This document shows positions 62,027-62,081 of a DNA stretch of 62,081 nt, piece after piece. This DNA is from Candidatus Omnitrophota bacterium (GTDB lineage Bacteria; Omnitrophota; Gorgyraeia; Aquiviventales; Aquiviventaceae): NCBI GenBank assembly GCA_023247235.1, contig JAHFGW010000002.1, positions 70,907 to 132,987 of the forward strand, in the 5' to 3' direction. Position numbers and translations under genes: made by a program. The stretch's first letter is position 1; the number at the start of each line of letters is the position of its first letter. Below the pieces are notes generated by a model, which did no database searches, was not told where the DNA came from, and saw only the letters and a program-made list of their open reading frames with translations.

Positions 62027-62081
62027 ACATTCTGGTCACCGGCGGGGCGGGCTATCTCGGATCCGTCTTGGTGCCCGCGCT
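62023..62081 (+). CDS. NAD-dependent epimerase/dehydratase, 5' fragment (continues beyond the window)
   Basis: MNILVTGGAGYLGSVLVPA. ATGA overlap with the upstream stop. Confidence 0.7.
   Translation, partial: MNILVTGGAGYLGSVLVPA

Noticed and set aside
1-62081. A search by eye for tRNA, rRNA, tmRNA, RNase P, known riboswitch cores, transposase or integrase genes and defence-system hallmarks (Cas, RT, restriction/methylase pairs, toxin-antitoxin pairs).
   Set aside because: None was recognised. Intergenic space is small and is accounted for by the promoters and repeats listed. This cannot be excluded without covariance-model and HMM searches.

Overview
This is a GC-rich bacterial window. LptD and a beta-barrel OMP point to a diderm; the phylum is not assignable from sequence alone. 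Every gene I can support lies on the + strand. Layout: (1) 1-3.2 kb is a visibly more AT-rich block holding a GH3-family enzyme (5'-truncated), an unclassified polytopic membrane protein, an ICMT-type methyltransferase and a small HTH protein. (2) 3.2-24.8 kb is housekeeping: miaB-miaA-hflX (no hfq); a CIRCE-controlled hrcA-grpE-dnaK-dnaJ operon; an FmdB zinc ribbon, VanZ-like protein, DUF1015 protein, accD and an orphan MalK-like ATPase; two tandem TM-GAF-GGDEF cyclases; ROK glucokinase, transaldolase, an N-terminally extended LptD and an OMP. (3) 24.9 kb to the window end (more than 37 kb) is one very large co-directional sugar-nucleotide modification locus. It encodes ugd, uxs, a WbpA/WbpP/WbpB/WbpE-like set plus LhgO, heptose-activation genes, a private transaldolase and split transketolase, four DegT-family enzymes (one ColD-like with His in place of Lys), about six methyltransferases including a C-methyltransferase and a B12/radical-SAM enzyme, and many SDRs. 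Most of these genes are joined by 1- or 4-nt start/stop overlaps. Signals not explained by genes: six heptanucleotide tandem arrays, often as inverted arrays that make periodic hairpins, sitting at gene 3' ends or junctions and read through by the upstream ORFs; an in-frame 2 x ~90-bp tandem insertion in the radical-SAM core of miaB; a 30-nt interspersed repeat; two long-range inverted repeats of the form CCCACCACCT...AGGTGGTGGG (anti-SD/SD-like); and a LexA-N-terminal-domain-only ORF with no canonical start codon. No tRNA, rRNA, CRISPR array, transposase or integrase was seen. All calls rest on motif recognition by eye; no searches were run.
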